Shown here: positions 40,901 to 55,900 of the stretch, piece after piece
Layout: each line of letters opens with the position of its first letter
How positions within the stretch are numbered: the stretch's first letter is position 1
From: Lytechinus pictus
Taxonomy: Eukaryota
Assembly (NCBI RefSeq): GCF_037042905.1
Contig: NC_087251.1
Location: 39,124,001 to 39,188,000 of the forward strand
Reading direction: 5' to 3'
Length of the DNA: 64,000 nucleotides
Made by a program: the position numbers and the translations under genes
Notes under the pieces: generated by a model
What the model was told of the DNA's origin: nothing
What the model saw: only the letters and a program-made list of their open reading frames with translations
Database searches by the model: none

Positions 40901-43900
40901 GATAAGGAGTTATTAAATATGTGAGTCAGAGGGCTAGCAAGAGGGTGAATTATTTGCTTAAGAAGAGACATGCTGATGCCATCACAACCAGAAGATCTAG
41001 AATTATGAAGGGAACGGACAATATTGATTATTTCGGAAGTTTGTTAAAAGTTGGTTAAAAAAAGAGATTCTTGATCTGGATCTGAGAGGTAGTCTGTGAA
41101 ATGTCCGTTGGGACTATTAATTTTGTTTGCAAGCTCGGGCCCAATATTGGTAAAGAAAAAATTGAATAAGTTTGCACAACTAGTGGGATCAAGTATTTCA
41201 GATCCATTGAGAGTGATTTTATCATTAGGTGGGGGGGGGGGGGCAGTTTTTTACCCAACACTTCTTTGATAATTTTTAAGTTGTATTTGTATTTCCATTG
41301 GCATCGTTTATTTTATTAGTGAAGTGCAATTTTCGGGATATTCAAACCAATATTGTTAGTTTATTACGATATCTTTTATATGTTTCTAAAGAATCATCAG
41401 TTGGATTGTGTAAGTGATATTTATATAGGCGATTACGTGTCTGTATTAACTTCAGTAAACCTTTCGTTATCCAGGGATTTCAGCATTTTGGGGCTCTACC
41501 TAATTGAATAAAGACATTAAGCTGTTGCCAAACAAAAGGGATTGCATTTTGGGATGAATCATTAAAGTGGCGGGAAAAAAACTCTATATAAAAGTAATAT
41601 AAATACAAGTCAAGGACGAGACTAAATATAATGGTTACTTCATGTACCTGAAAAACGACACTGACATCAATATACACTCTAAAGTATGATAGGGTGGATT
41701 TTTTCCTTCTCCCCCCTCTCTCTTTCCCTTTTTAATTGGCTTAATTATCAATTGTCTTCAGGTTGCCACTCAAGTTGGTGTTGATGATGATGATGACGAT
41801 GATGTTGATGGTGATGATGACGATGTTGTTGATAATGATAATGATGTTGATGATGATGTTGATGATGATGATGATAATGACGATGATGTTGATGGTGATG
41901 ATGATTGTGTTGATGATGACGACGATGACGTTGATGGTGATGATGATGATGATGTTGGTGATGATGATGATGATGATGATGTTGGTGATGATGATGATGA
42001 TGATGATGAATTGTTTATTAGTCTAGATACTTACTCCTTTGATAGGTATCGTCTGAACCCATTCCATGATCTTGATATCATATATATCTACAGAGATGTC
42101 ACTATATACAATCAGGTACGGACTGTTGAAGGCTAAAAATACAAAAATATAATAACATTTTTAATGCACACTTTTCATGAAATCAATGCCATATATAACA
42201 CACATGCCACTGATTAAGGGCTAAAACAGGGAAATACAAATAAAGTATTGTGTAGACAATAGTTTATCTCTTCACTACAAACAAATATGAATCCTCATCA
42301 TTACATTTTATCATTCAATTGATATTATTTGTTTTAACATAATCTAAAATAAATTTCCACATTAATCTTCCATTTATAATTCATACATAGATCCACAATA
42401 ACTCATAACTGGAAATCAACAGTTCTTCAGTTCCTCATTAAAAGTCATTAAAGAATAATACGTTTATTGCACAAAGCTGGAATACTTTACTCAACATTCA
42501 ACTTACCAATTTCAGTTGGATGGGAAGGCCACATAAGCTCCTGCTCCCTTGTCCGTCTACCCTGGAAGTCGACATATACACCAAGAGCTATGGATATGGA
42601 GAAAAGATATGGTGGGTATGAAGAATTAGTATTAGTTACAGTGACTTAATGTTTAGAGATCACAGTCTGGGTATATATATAACGTTCTTAATTAAGTAAT
42701 TAGGAAATATGGTATAAGTCTTGACAAATAACAACTTAGCATACAAATGCTAATTAAAAAATATAATCGAAAAAGATGTAGCTGTAACTGTAGCTGTGCC
42801 TATGAAACACCACCTAGGTAGAGACTATGGCCTGTATTCTGAAGTCAGGTTTAACTTAGACCATGGTCTAGCTCTGTGCTAAAATTATGGAAAGCCATAA
42901 GTGTCAAAATCTTTACTAAGTTGTTTGTTTCTTATGTTTACTGTGCTCTTTCCTGATTCATCCATGGTGAAGACAATCATCTATTTATAGTTCCTAGACA
43001 ATTATGAATGATTTGAGAGCCAAATGAGCTGAAATATGATATCTCTACTGTTAGTGATTTATGTAACAATTGGCTATCCGTAGTTAAACCACAACTTTAA
43101 ACCAGAGTTTAAATTAAACCAGACTTCAGAATACGGGCCTTTGAATAAAGTGCAAACTCACTTGAGAAGCAAAGTAGATACTCTCTGTTGCTGATCTCTA
43201 CAGCTGCTAATGCTTCGGTAGGGATCTCTGTTAAGAACCTCAATGACGGGTCATCAATGTTCAGAAGAGCTGAAGAAAAAAAGAAATATCATTTCAAACA
43301 TCATCCTCTACAAAAATAATTGGGACTACAGGACATGGTTTTCTACAAGAAGTTCTTTCATTCACATTTTGTACGGCGATGATGGAGAAGTGATCTATGA
43401 AGGTCTAATTTTTCACAATCAATCTAAAACTCTAGGTGGATTTCCTTGGTTAGCAAGATGTATTTAGATGAAAGAAATAATTTATGAATATTAAAATAAA
43501 CGTCATTAAAAGTGGTTTTAGATCAATATAGAATGAACGTCTTCAAAAATGAAGTGTAATCTGCATTTAATATTTTAGAATATCTTGCCTAGAAAATACC
43601 TTGTCTCCTCTTGAGAGGTCATTAGACTTAAACAAAAATATTGTTTTCAACAAGCAATGTTATTAAATGTATCCCACATAGGAATAGTGTCCATAAGCAG
43701 CTGATTCGAATAAAAAAATGCAAAGCCCATTACCAATACCACTTTGAGTCGATGAAAAGATACAATCACATTGACCGAGTCCAAATATAAAGACAATTGG
43801 CTAAACAAAATACAACTATTACAACCACAACAAAAACGGAGCTCCTACTCACGTTCCACATGCTGGCCCGCCATCTGTATGCTGAACAGTCCGAACCCGG

Positions 43901-46900
43901 AGGTGTAGCCCGCGCAGAGCCGTCCCCCGAACACCTCCATGCACTGGGCCGGAGCCGGTAGGGTCACCTCCTTGATGCGCTTATGCCTTCCCTTGTTTCG
44001 GTTAAATTCGTAGATGAGGACCGTGCGCTTCATGGCGACGCACATGCACGTGGTGGAGCCTTGGCGGATGATACCCGTCGTGAACATGGTGCAACCCCTG
44101 GGCTCTTCAACCTTGATTACAGTAGCCTCACCGTCCAGGCAGGCAATGGGGAACAGACGTAAATGACGTCCCCTGCCTGTGAGTTGAAAAACGTGGGAAG
44201 TGCATGGAATGTATTCAAACTGAAGTTTAGTAGTTCAAGTGAATCTCAAAATTGGTAAAATCAATGGTTTTCTTTTTAGCACATGTGTGCGTACGATACT
44301 TACTTTATGACAAATGTAACTTTCCCATTATGTTAACTACCATGGAAACAGGGCTAAACAGCCAATCAAAATCAAGGTTTAATGGTATTTATCGTAATGA
44401 TAAAGCTACCATAAATATTAGACTGCATGAAATGGGACCTGGATGAAAATTCAGCATATTCAGATTGTGAGAACAATGATCTACAAGTGAGATATTTCAA
44501 AATGAGATTTAGAATGAGATGAAAGTACGTACCTGATATGACTATGACTAGCTGTTCATCTTTGAGTACCCGTACTTGATGGATTTGCTTGCGGTCTACC
44601 CGCACAATGTAACCAGAAGAGATCTCTACTGTGTACAGACCATCCTCTGTTCCAATCACAAACCTACTAGCATCTGCAGGATGGAAAATAAAAAATAATG
44701 AAAAGAAACTTCAAATAGAGAACTCACCATGTTACATATTTCAACGTAGAAAAGGAAAAGTAAGAGGGGTGACCCTTTGATGGGGTGTTTAAGGGAAATA
44801 TTTGCAATTACTTTCTAAATTTCTGTTGCAATTTTACAACTGACAGATCAATTTTAGCTGTAGGAATCAGTTTACATTCCTCATTGCATGGAGAAGATCA
44901 GTGATCCATTGCAAATTATGGAAAAGCATGCAAACATACTCAAACAGCATGTTGTATGTTCATGCCCACAAAAGATAGATTCATTCTCCCCATGGAAGCC
45001 TTCAGGGGAGCATTTCATAAAACAAATAGTCAGTGATTCTCACTGACTATTTGTTACAAGCTATTAAAATCCTTGCATCTGATTGGCTCAGAGCAAATGT
45101 GCCAGTGAAAATCACTGACAAAATGTTTTATGAAACACTCCCAGAACGGATGTTGACGTAACTTGGTGATGGTGATCGTTTTTGTTTAGCTGAATGCTAA
45201 GCATGTATACTTGTATTAAAGCCAGCAGCCAGAGAACCAAAGGCTAAGGTCCTCTCTGAGGGAACTGGTCATGAGGATAAATGCCTTACCAAAAGACACT
45301 AGCACACCAAATGGGAATAGAACGCAGACTGAACTATCATGCCTCTCCAAAGTCACTTACCAACAATATCTGCACAGTGCGTGACCTTGACAAGCGGCAT
45401 ACTGCTATCGAAGACCTCCTGGGCTCTGAAGACTGTCCTGTCTGGCAGCTGATTGTGTTTGAGATGACGTTGAAGGTTGTTGAGTGCATCCACCCATTTC
45501 CTTTTCTCGGCCTCGCTGTCGGCTAAGAGCAGGAGCTGAGCACACAGACCAGGAGGATTCAGCTGGGATACCGATACCTGGGGGTGGGAGGGTTGAAGAG
45601 GAGATAGAGGTAGACTAGAAAATACTTATAATCTTATTTCTTTATAAGGGTGGTTTTTTTTTTTCCTTTATCTGGGGGTGGGAGGGGTGAGGTGGACGAG
45701 GTAGCGGTAGAATAGAATATACTAATAATCTTATTTCTTTATAAGGGTGTTTTGGTTTGGTTTTTTGCCTTTATCTTTATCTTTATGCCCATTTATGATT
45801 GTCCTTTATTTGTCTTCGTACAATATTTTAACCAGTGTTTCCAGTGCAATGGTTGGATGGGTGGAGGGACCATCTGGTTACAAAAATGAAGTTTTCTCTC
45901 CTCTTCCCTGGCCGCCAAGTGATGTACTAACAAGACTGAAATTTGAATGTGACTCTAGGGTCACACATGAATCTTTTTGAAACACCCCCAGAGTTTCTAC
46001 AAACAGATTTCTGCTACTTACCTTGAATATACATGGTACATCTTTAGAAGGTGCATGGATAACATCGGCAGCTAGGACAGAACTAACAGAAAACTCTTCA
46101 TCCCTGAAATAAGAACAAGTACAGGGGAATATCAGAACTCTGATATGAGCTTTGAAAAATAATTAAATGCTTAAATGACAGTAGAAATCCTGAATATTGA
46201 TATGCCGAATATTCAATGTTCTAATTCCCCCTTACTTCCTAAATGAACCACAAGGGAATACATTTTATTTCTGTCCGCTGTCAGGATCTAAGAGAATACT
46301 GTCCAATCTCTTTCAAATGACAATGCCATACAGTTTCACATAGCTCACCTCATGTCTAAGATATGTGAGATATCGTTGGTAGGATGCGACCCCCTCCCAT
46401 CTAAGACGTCGAAGAGGAAGAGCTTAAAGTCACACACCACTACAAACTGCTTCATCCAGCCTTTCCTTACACCGCCCGGCTTGGGGATCTTGAGTATACC
46501 TTCGTACGCAGTACCGATGCCTCGTGTCGGGTCTATACCTTGAGGTTTTGCCACTGCAAAGCATGATGGGAATACAACAAATTAGTTAAAGTCACAGTAA
46601 TTCAAAATCTAAGGTGAGTTCTCACTTCTCTATTTTCTAAACTGAAATTTGTGTTCTTCTTTGACATGTACAAAAAAAAGCATCAGCTCAATTTGAATGG
46701 TAAAGATATTTCTAAAGCAACTGTAATCTACCTTCTAAAGAGAATTTCGAACATTTTATCATAATTCTTTTTAAGAATAATAAATATGATGAATAAAACT
46801 AATTACAGTTAGTTTCATGAACAGACATCTGTAGGGAAATGACTCAAAATACCATGATCAAACATCAGTGTTATCAGTATAATCTCATTTCACAATCTCC

Positions 46901-49900
46901 AAATACAAAGTTGAAATTACTACCCCAAAAAAATAATAATGTAAAATCATTACTAACAAGCTGAACACCATCCTGAAAATAATCTTCATCTTGTCTGGTG
47001 CAAAACCTAACTTCCATTCCATTATCAAGATAAAAGAATTCCTTTTAATATAAACAATGGACTTACTTTGTTGTTGTGAGATTGGACATACACTAGGAGC
47101 TTTCTCAGCACAGGCCACATGACAAGCAAAATGACAAACTGTTCAATAAATGAAGAATAGAGAAAAAAATATATATATATATATCCACACAAAAAGAAAT
47201 GGGATATAATTTGCTAAGATTTCATTAAGTATGTTTTACAACAAAGTGGCAAATAAAAGTGAATATCCAAGAGTCAGTTGTGTTGAATAATTTATGAATA
47301 ATGTACTATATAATATCAAAATATTCCAAAAAGAAAAACTATTCAATATCTCATGTCAGAACCATGAAATCTATATCTAAAACAAACTCCATTCTTGAAA
47401 TTCTCAAAGGTGCCCAATACCCCCACTCCAATTTTTGTCTATTTTATTTGTTTAGCCCACATGACAATGATTACAGTAACTTATATTCCAAGGGTAGCCA
47501 CCTCAGCGATAAGCTGATTTTTTACCATAACAATATTATCACCCTTCCGCAGTTAAACGTCGAGTGCAAGGTAAGAAGGCAAAAGGACCCATTTTTTAAA
47601 GTCTCTGGTATGACCTGGCCAGGGATCGAACCCACAACCTCCCGTTCCTGAGGCATACACTCTACCACTGGGGCACACCAAGTTTATGCTAAATGATATA
47701 AAATAATGAAGGAATATACACATACCTTCACACATCATGCCTTGCCTACTCTGACCTAGCATCAACGATGTACAGTGAGCACACTTGGCCGGTACCTGGA
47801 AGTTGGTTATCACAAATTTGTGCGTCTTGTGCTTTGGTGTGGGGGGCGGCGTCTCCCCTGATGATGTACCCGATGAGTGGACACTCTGGAAAAAAAATTA
47901 TTACGAGAAATATGGTGTAACAATATGAGGTACACAATGGGTTCCAAGACATACACTCTGGCGACAATTGCTCCGCTCTTAATCCACACACTTATCGAAT
48001 GACCAACTTCAACCCTGGGTAAAATACTATACCCTATTCTAAACCTAACCCCAAACCTAACATAAACCCTATTGCAACCCTAACCCTATATCTTAGACGA
48101 AAATAAGCCCGGAACAATTGTCGCAGAAGCAAATGTCCTGTCACCACAGGACAATGAACTACACATGAGGCTTTTTATTCAATACTTTAAAGTTTCCTTC
48201 TTTCTTTCTCTCTTGTCTTGAATCAAGAAACAAACATTTTTTTATGCAAAACATGCCAAAAAAAAAAAAAAAAAGGTACATATTGGCTATCAAAGCACCA
48301 GGAAGAGTGAACAGATTTGATGTAATTATTTGTTAAATCATTCAAAAGAGCGATAATTAATCAAGTCTCCTTAAGAGAAAGACAACCATAGATTGAATAA
48401 TAAGACAGTAAACATCCAGATCCATGGAATCTTATCATGCTGATCAAAACAAGGTAATAACACTACACCACACAATGTGGACCATTTCACAATCACTGTC
48501 AATGGTGATAAGAGGTCATTTGCTGACGTTTGAAGTTTTTATGACTGAGAAGCTTGGGTAACTGACTATGCATGTGATGACTGTTTGGGAATGATAACTT
48601 GGTCATGTCGACAGTGCTGTGAAATGGTCTTGGGACCCGGTAACATTAAGAATTTACCATTATGGTGACTTTTCCATTACTGTACTTACCATGGTCAAAC
48701 AGGGCTCAATACCCATAATTACCATAACGGCAAAGTTACCATAATCATCAGTATTAAATGTATAAAGCAGGTCCCTGATCGATTTACTTTATGATTTGGA
48801 ATGTTGGAAAGCAACATACGAATGAAAGTGGAAACATACGTAATGATGATATTACAAAATATATGTTCCCAAACAATTGGAAAAACAAAGTTACTGTAAT
48901 CTGATTAACCAAACGGGTCCCTGATCAATTTTGAAAAGCAACACACGAATGAATATGGAAACACACTGTGTGGACTTGGAAAAGCTAATGAAATGAAGAT
49001 ATCTCTGGCGGGGGGGGGGGGGGGATGTATCCCTGAATAAAGCAGAGTGGTAGAAATCAACTAAAATCAGTAACCATGGTGACAACCTACCTTATCATCA
49101 GTGGGCACAGGTTCAAATGAAGCACCTGTGTCCTTGACTGGTTCTTCCATGTCAGACTGTGTGAATAATGAATGAACATAGAAGAGAGGATGGTGACGTG
49201 GGGGATTTGGCAATGAAAAGCATATGAGCAACAAAGAAAAGATCAAATAAACAGAAAACATGGTCTACTGGGGCACTGCAAGAAACTTGGAATCAATTGC
49301 AAGTCAACTTTGGGTGTAAAAATCAATCGGTCTTGTAAGTCTTGTAAATTGAAAATTTGCACTTGATGGTTGATCTGCTTCTGGCAACAAGAAATAAGAA
49401 TTTGCTATGGTTAAATCGGTACATCTATTGTAAATTAGCAATCAATCATACGTCTTCCAATCAATTGCAAACTTGACTGCTGGTCTGTTTCTAGCATCAA
49501 GAAGTATAAAACAAATCGCTTTAGTTGCTATCAATTCGCTATGGTTAAAATCGGTATATCAATTGTAAATTAGCAATCAATCATATGTCTTCCAATCAAT
49601 TGCAAACTTGACTGCTGGTCTGTTTCTAGCATCAAGAAGTATAAAACAAATCTCTATAGTTGCACTTCATTGCTAAACAAATCTCTATAGTTGCACTTCA
49701 TTGCTGGTTGGCTTCATGCGACCAGAAACAAAAATAAATTTGCTATGGTTATAATTAGTATATCAATTGTTAATTAGCAATTAATCATGCCTTCGAATCA
49801 ATTGCAAACTTGATTGCTGGTCTGCTTCTTGCGACAAGAATAATGAGGATTTTCTATAGTTACAACTGATAAATCAATTGTAAAATTGTAGCACTTATTT

Positions 49901-52900
49901 GCGATTGATTGCAATGTTTTCTTGCAACACCCCCTACTTCTATAAAAGCCTTGACAAGACATTTGCCATAAACGTTGAGATGGAATGAGAGTTGTAGGAC
50001 CATATTATTGGATCAAGGAGTTTTAATCTCAGACTGAGTAACAACAAACATATTCCAATGGAGCAATGCCCAGCTTGAAACACCAGACATCAAAGACAAC
50101 AATGTAGCTCAAATATCGTTTGTGGTTCCTTATAAAGGGACGGCTGCTTGAAAAAAAATTTGCTGCCATTTATATATACATGTAGGTCTACTGTTCAACA
50201 AAATAGATTAAAAAAACTACCTTAATCCAATTTTAGTGTAAATATTCTTACCAATTACGATCAAACACATTTTTTAAATGAAACTTTCAGGTTCAAAATA
50301 GATGTAATTGGCATTTATGGGAATTCTTCACTTGCATATTGTTAAGATTCCAATCTTTTAGAACATCAATTTGCTAGATAGCTTAAAATTCTACATGAGT
50401 ACCAAATAAATTACATGGGATAAAATATGAGAATATTTGAAGTAGAAGCTACTTGATAATGCATATGAACAGACGTTATATGTTTTGATCCACATGAAAA
50501 AAATATATTCAAATAGAAACAAAGTCTAAAGAATATGGAATAAATATCAAACAAGACACAATAAACTTGTGATAGAAATTGAGATTTAAATGGGTTTCTA
50601 TTTTCCTCAAAGATAAAGAGGAGAAAACCTGATTACTAGTAAAGATAATCTGCTAATCTGTCTGATTTTATAAAATTCTAATGACCACAAGCAACAATAA
50701 AAGTACAAATGGAATCTACAAGTGCGGGTTACCAAATTGGACATATATTTTGAATTTAGCCCCTTACTAAGATAAGAACACTGTATGGACAACTCTTTAC
50801 ATGGCATATATTTGAAAAATGCTATATTTGGCACAATGTTGCTCTGACACGCATGAAAATACTTACTGTTATTTTCTTATTTACAAGATAACTGGATATA
50901 TTCATTTGATTTGCTAATTAATTACGATTAATTTGCACACCGAATAGAAGGCATAAATTTTTCCTGCGCACGCTGCATCTCCCTACGCACGCACTTCCCC
51001 AAGATCAACGCGCAAATTGGCATAATTTCCTCTTATGAGCCTGAGACATAGAGATATGTTGCCACGCAAGGAGAGGGGCCGGTGGGAGGGTTCAAATGAA
51101 TTTATCCAGTTATCTCATAAATAAGAAAATAACGGTAAGTATTTTCATGATTTAATATCAATAACTGGGATATATTCATTTGACTTGCTAGACAAACACA
51201 GACTCAGTCGTGAAGGGGGGCATGTCTACAATAAGTAAGTGCGCAAAATTAGGGAGATGAAGACACGGAGGCTGCTGCCTTCAGGGCTGAGGCAAAAATC
51301 GCCTTGCCCGAGGGGTATCCTTTAGGTAAAAGGACGTAAAGGAATTGGCAAAACGCCAAAAAGCGGCCCTCAGGGAACCCAGTGTGAACAGCGGTGATAG
51401 CCGAGCGGAAGCCCCTGATATTTGACAAAGACCGGCCCTTGTCGAAGAGTTCGACAAGAATGTTCGCAATCGTGACTATTGGAGCATTACGAGGTTCGAT
51501 AGATCGATCAATGCACCAATAAAAAAAAACACCCAAATCGAGAATTGTAAAGACTAAGAGTAGAGTCTCTCCGGCTCTCAGTGACAAGCTGAGCAGCACA
51601 ATCGGAGAGACCTAGAGCTCAAGTATCCTTCCTGATAGCGGCCACGCAGTAGTAAGTAGCGTCGCACAGAAGCCAACGGCTGCAGGAAAGCGCAGAAGCA
51701 GCGGGGGGATCAAAGCAACCTATCTTGCGAGCTACATGGCAGTATGCTGAGGACTCACAAGAAAATTAGGATAAACAACGTGAAAATAACACGAAAGCTC
51801 CGCGCTTGAGGGTATGAGAAACACAATCTAAAATCAAAAGTAATTAGATTGAAGAGGGAGTACAAAAGCAAAAAATAAGATTCCAAAATACGTTATAAAA
51901 TCACAATTTGGGGAGTGCACATAGCTGTACATCTTGACTCGGTGGCAGGCGAAAGTAAGAGGGAATAGACGCCAATTTGCACGATGATCTTGGGGTAGTC
52001 CGTGCGTAGGGAGATGCAGCGCGCGGAGGAAAAATTGCGCTTTCTATTCAGTGTGCAAGTTAATCGTAATGAACTAGCAAATCAAATGAATATATCCCCC
52101 TTATTGATAGTAAATCACTTTACACAGTATTCCACTGAATACCAAACCAACAATAACGCAAACATTAGTCTTCAGATATGATTTATATACCATTTTGACA
52201 TCATATCCACTTGGAAGAAAATCATCAAGTAAATGTATGATTTGTGCATATTATTTCATTTCGAGAGTGCCCTTATCATAAATATAGAACTTTAAATTGT
52301 GAATAACTGGAAACAGGCTTGAACATGGTATGACAACTGTGCTCCTACTTGAATGTGCACAGAATTCGGCTGGAACACTCTCTCGGATATTCAGTTGAAT
52401 GAGCAGAAACATAAACAACTCAATTTGACAATAATCTATGATCCTCATAATCTAAGTCTAAACTTGCACATCAATTTCTCCAAGGGTATAAAAATGTAGT
52501 AGGTAGAGATACACAAGTACAATGTCACTCCTAACACTACCTAATGTGAAAAGTTGACTTTATCAAGCTCAGTCTATCTCTCTCTTATCTATTACTAACC
52601 TATAGGCCTACTAACCAACCAACAGACAGTGTGAGAATTTTGTCATGGTATGAACTATACAGAGCTTGTTGCATAAAAGTTAGTTTCACGGTAACATTAC
52701 CCGCCAGTGGTAACTACCATGGAATCCTTGGTTCTGATTGGCTGTATAGAATCGTTACCATGGTAGTTACCATTGAATGGCAAAGCTACTGTCATCAAAA
52801 GTTTTATGAAACAGGGCTCCTGGACATGCAGCAACAGAGAGAAAAGAGACATTTACTATAATGACATAAAACATGGTCGCAGCATGAATAATTTGTGTTT

Positions 52901-55900
52901 TGATGTGCGAATGTTGGAGCAGAAATGAACTGGCTAGGAGTGAAAAAAAAACAGAACAACTTTTCTTCTTGAATAAATAAAGAGAGAGGGTATGATGAGT
53001 GTGAACTCAAACTAAAAACATAAAAAAGTGAGACCTCTTGAATTCTTAGTGAAAGCCTTTTCAGCTCATTCTTCTGGGAAACGAAAATAAGAAAAAAGAG
53101 ACAAAATCATAACCAAAAAAAAGCAAATGATATCAATCTGAATTCATTTTTTCTTGCTAATTGTGTGAATATAAAACTAGACTTCTTTAAATTATCAAGC
53201 AAATCTTACAACAAATTAACCAAAGAAACCATCCGAACGAAAAGAAACTAAACCAAAACTCTGAAGAAAATATTCAAATAAATAAATGAGAACCCACGTA
53301 AAAGTACAAACAAAACTCAAGAAACAAAAGTTCACTCAAGGTTTTAATCATATATTATCCCTTCCTACAGGAGTCTTTCCATTCAATTCCTTTAATACTG
53401 CATCTTAATGACAAATATTTTGACTTAACCAACCAATTTTTTATCTAAATAAGAATGTGTTCTATATTAGTTTAAGAGGGTTAACAAGAATTAACCTTCC
53501 TCAATCCGATGTGAGGGCAATTCTGTAAATTAATCAACCTTTTTTTTACATCAGACCTCCATTTTCTCTATTTCTAACTATACTTCATGAACTACTAAAG
53601 AAATGATAATTTCAGAGAATTATGCCTTTTTCATAAGCACAAAAAATAGACAAATCTTTTCAGGTAAGTTCTGCATATAGAAGGTCAAATGTTCATACTT
53701 CATGGAATTGCCCAGAAGCAAGTGATGATCCTCAACATTTGTCTTCTCAGCTGGTTATTTTGTAATGATCAGTTATGAATTAAATGGTCAATTATGCCCA
53801 AAAATAGAACAGAATGCAAGAATACTTACGAAGTCCAGCCTTGTATCCACATCCAGGTACCGATCTAAGAAAGCGAAGTTTATATTTGATCCAACCTTCT
53901 CTGCAGCATCTAAACACAAATCAAGATAAAACATACATAAAAGGGTACTCCAAGCTGAAAATAATTATATCAAAGAAAATAGAGTAAATTTTATCAACGT
54001 AAATAGAGTAAAATTCACCAAGCAAAATTCTAAAATTGTCACCAAAATCTGATAACAAATAAAGCTATTAAATTTTAAAGTTTAGCAATGTTTCATGAAA
54101 ATGGTTATATGCAGCCATGAATATTCAAAAGGTGGGCTGATGATATCATGTCCCCACTTTGCTTTTCCTTATGTTATTACATGAAATCATAATTGTTCAA
54201 TATTTTCAGAAATGTGGGAATGATATACCTCCATTGTAACAAAATATGTTGCTGCAACAATTACCTTTACACTTTAAATCAGTTGTTAATCAAATCTTTT
54301 CCACTTTTGGTGCACAGAATTTGAAAGAAAAAAGGAATTTCGCATAATAAAATACAAAATAATACGTAGGGATATAACATCATCAGCTTCCTCCTTACAT
54401 ATTTACGAAACGTCTGTGAAATCATATGATCTGAGCTTAAAATAATTACACTGGAAATCGTCAACATAGACAAGAACATGTGGTACAATGCATTATGACT
54501 GCTGGTTTTGTCCAGTTCTCGGCAATTACACATTTTCTAACAGAATCATTTGGCATATATATTCATTTATACATACAAACACTTGGATGGTCATTTTATA
54601 GGGTTCTGTTTGAACTAATTTTCAGAATGTTACCAAACTGTTATTTATGTTTCTTACAGGAATGTCAAACTCACTTTGCTTAGACTCTTGCAGCTGTTGC
54701 TCCAACTCAGTTACACGATTGTTGAGTTTGGAGACCTCATCCGTAAGTTCTGTATTCCTGGCTCCCGCACTCCTCAATTTACTGCAAGAGGAATTTTAAG
54801 ATGAAAAATAAACAAAACTCAATAATATCACTAGCATTCATGAAGTAATTGTATAATAGCATACAGGTCTGTAAACCATGCAAGTCGATAAACTGGTGGG
54901 AAACCTTAACCAAAGATATAGAAATCCATGAATTCTTTTAAAAAATAATTTGTGGGATTTTGCCAAAATAGGATGATTGGGTGATTACTTTTTCACTTTT
55001 CATTTTTCAAATTTGAACCATGTAAAGCGGCTTCCTGACATTCTTCAGAGAAATGATTCTTACCATAACTACTACAACCACTACCACTTCAATTTCTCAA
55101 ACCCCTACCCACCTCTCATCAGCAGCATGTGCAGCCTTGACCTTCTTAAGTTCTTCAGTGATCTGTTCCTTAGCTTGGATCTCACTGCGGAGGTTGGACT
55201 GAAGATTGAGTAGCTCCATCCTGTCCATCCTCTGTGACCTCCTGGTTTGCCAACTCTTCTCCTGCAAATGACAATCATTTTTTATTTACATAAGATCCAC
55301 AAAGGAGGCAAATAAATTATCAGTAATTAACTAAAATAATTAGAAAAGTTTCTGTAATGTTTTATTCCACATATTTTGCAATTATTTAATGTGTTTCAAA
55401 ATCCTATTAACGCCATGTTTTGAAAGAGTTTCTCATGATTGATTTACCAATGCATTGTTATTATTGTTTTAATCATTCATAATCTAGTTAGTCATAATGG
55501 GCTTAATATATAGATTACACATATCTAAGCTCTTATAGAATTACTACTACTTTCTGTGCAATTATTGCGTGAATATTTTTATTCCAATTACAATTCATAC
55601 TTAGTACAATGAAATATTTGAGACCGAAAAAACATGTGCACATTCAGTTTTTTCAGTTTCTTCATAAACAATGAATTGAATCGTTTATACTCACCCTAGC
55701 AGCACCAACAATGCCTGAAACTTTGATAGTCTCAAGCTCGTCAGTCATCTTAGAAGCCAAGGCTTGAAGGTATCCTCTTGCATCTTTCTCATCACTAACC
55801 CTGTAATGTCAAAAGAATATAAAATTCATTTGTAAACAACAAGCTCTTCCAAATTGTGTTACTTTACCAGAATGAAACCTTTGGAACTAGTAGGCTTGTT

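Noticed and set aside
41763..42026. Met-rich ORF (and similar ORFs at 27897-28206, 30556-31013, 35033-35233)
   Set aside because: Translations of (GAT)n, polypurine or (GGCCTT)n repeats; only the 88-nt CRIB exon within 30705..31013 is real
48010..48090. Telomere-like CCTAAC/CCCTAA repeats
   Set aside because: Short, degenerate and enclosed by gcgacaattgctccg / cggaacaattgtcgc inverted repeats; part of a small interspersed element, not a telomere
49360..49890. Regular repeat arrays (also 1300-1940, 17960-18620) as CRISPR-like
   Set aside because: Whole units, including the 'spacers', are homologous tandem duplications; eukaryotic context with no cas genes
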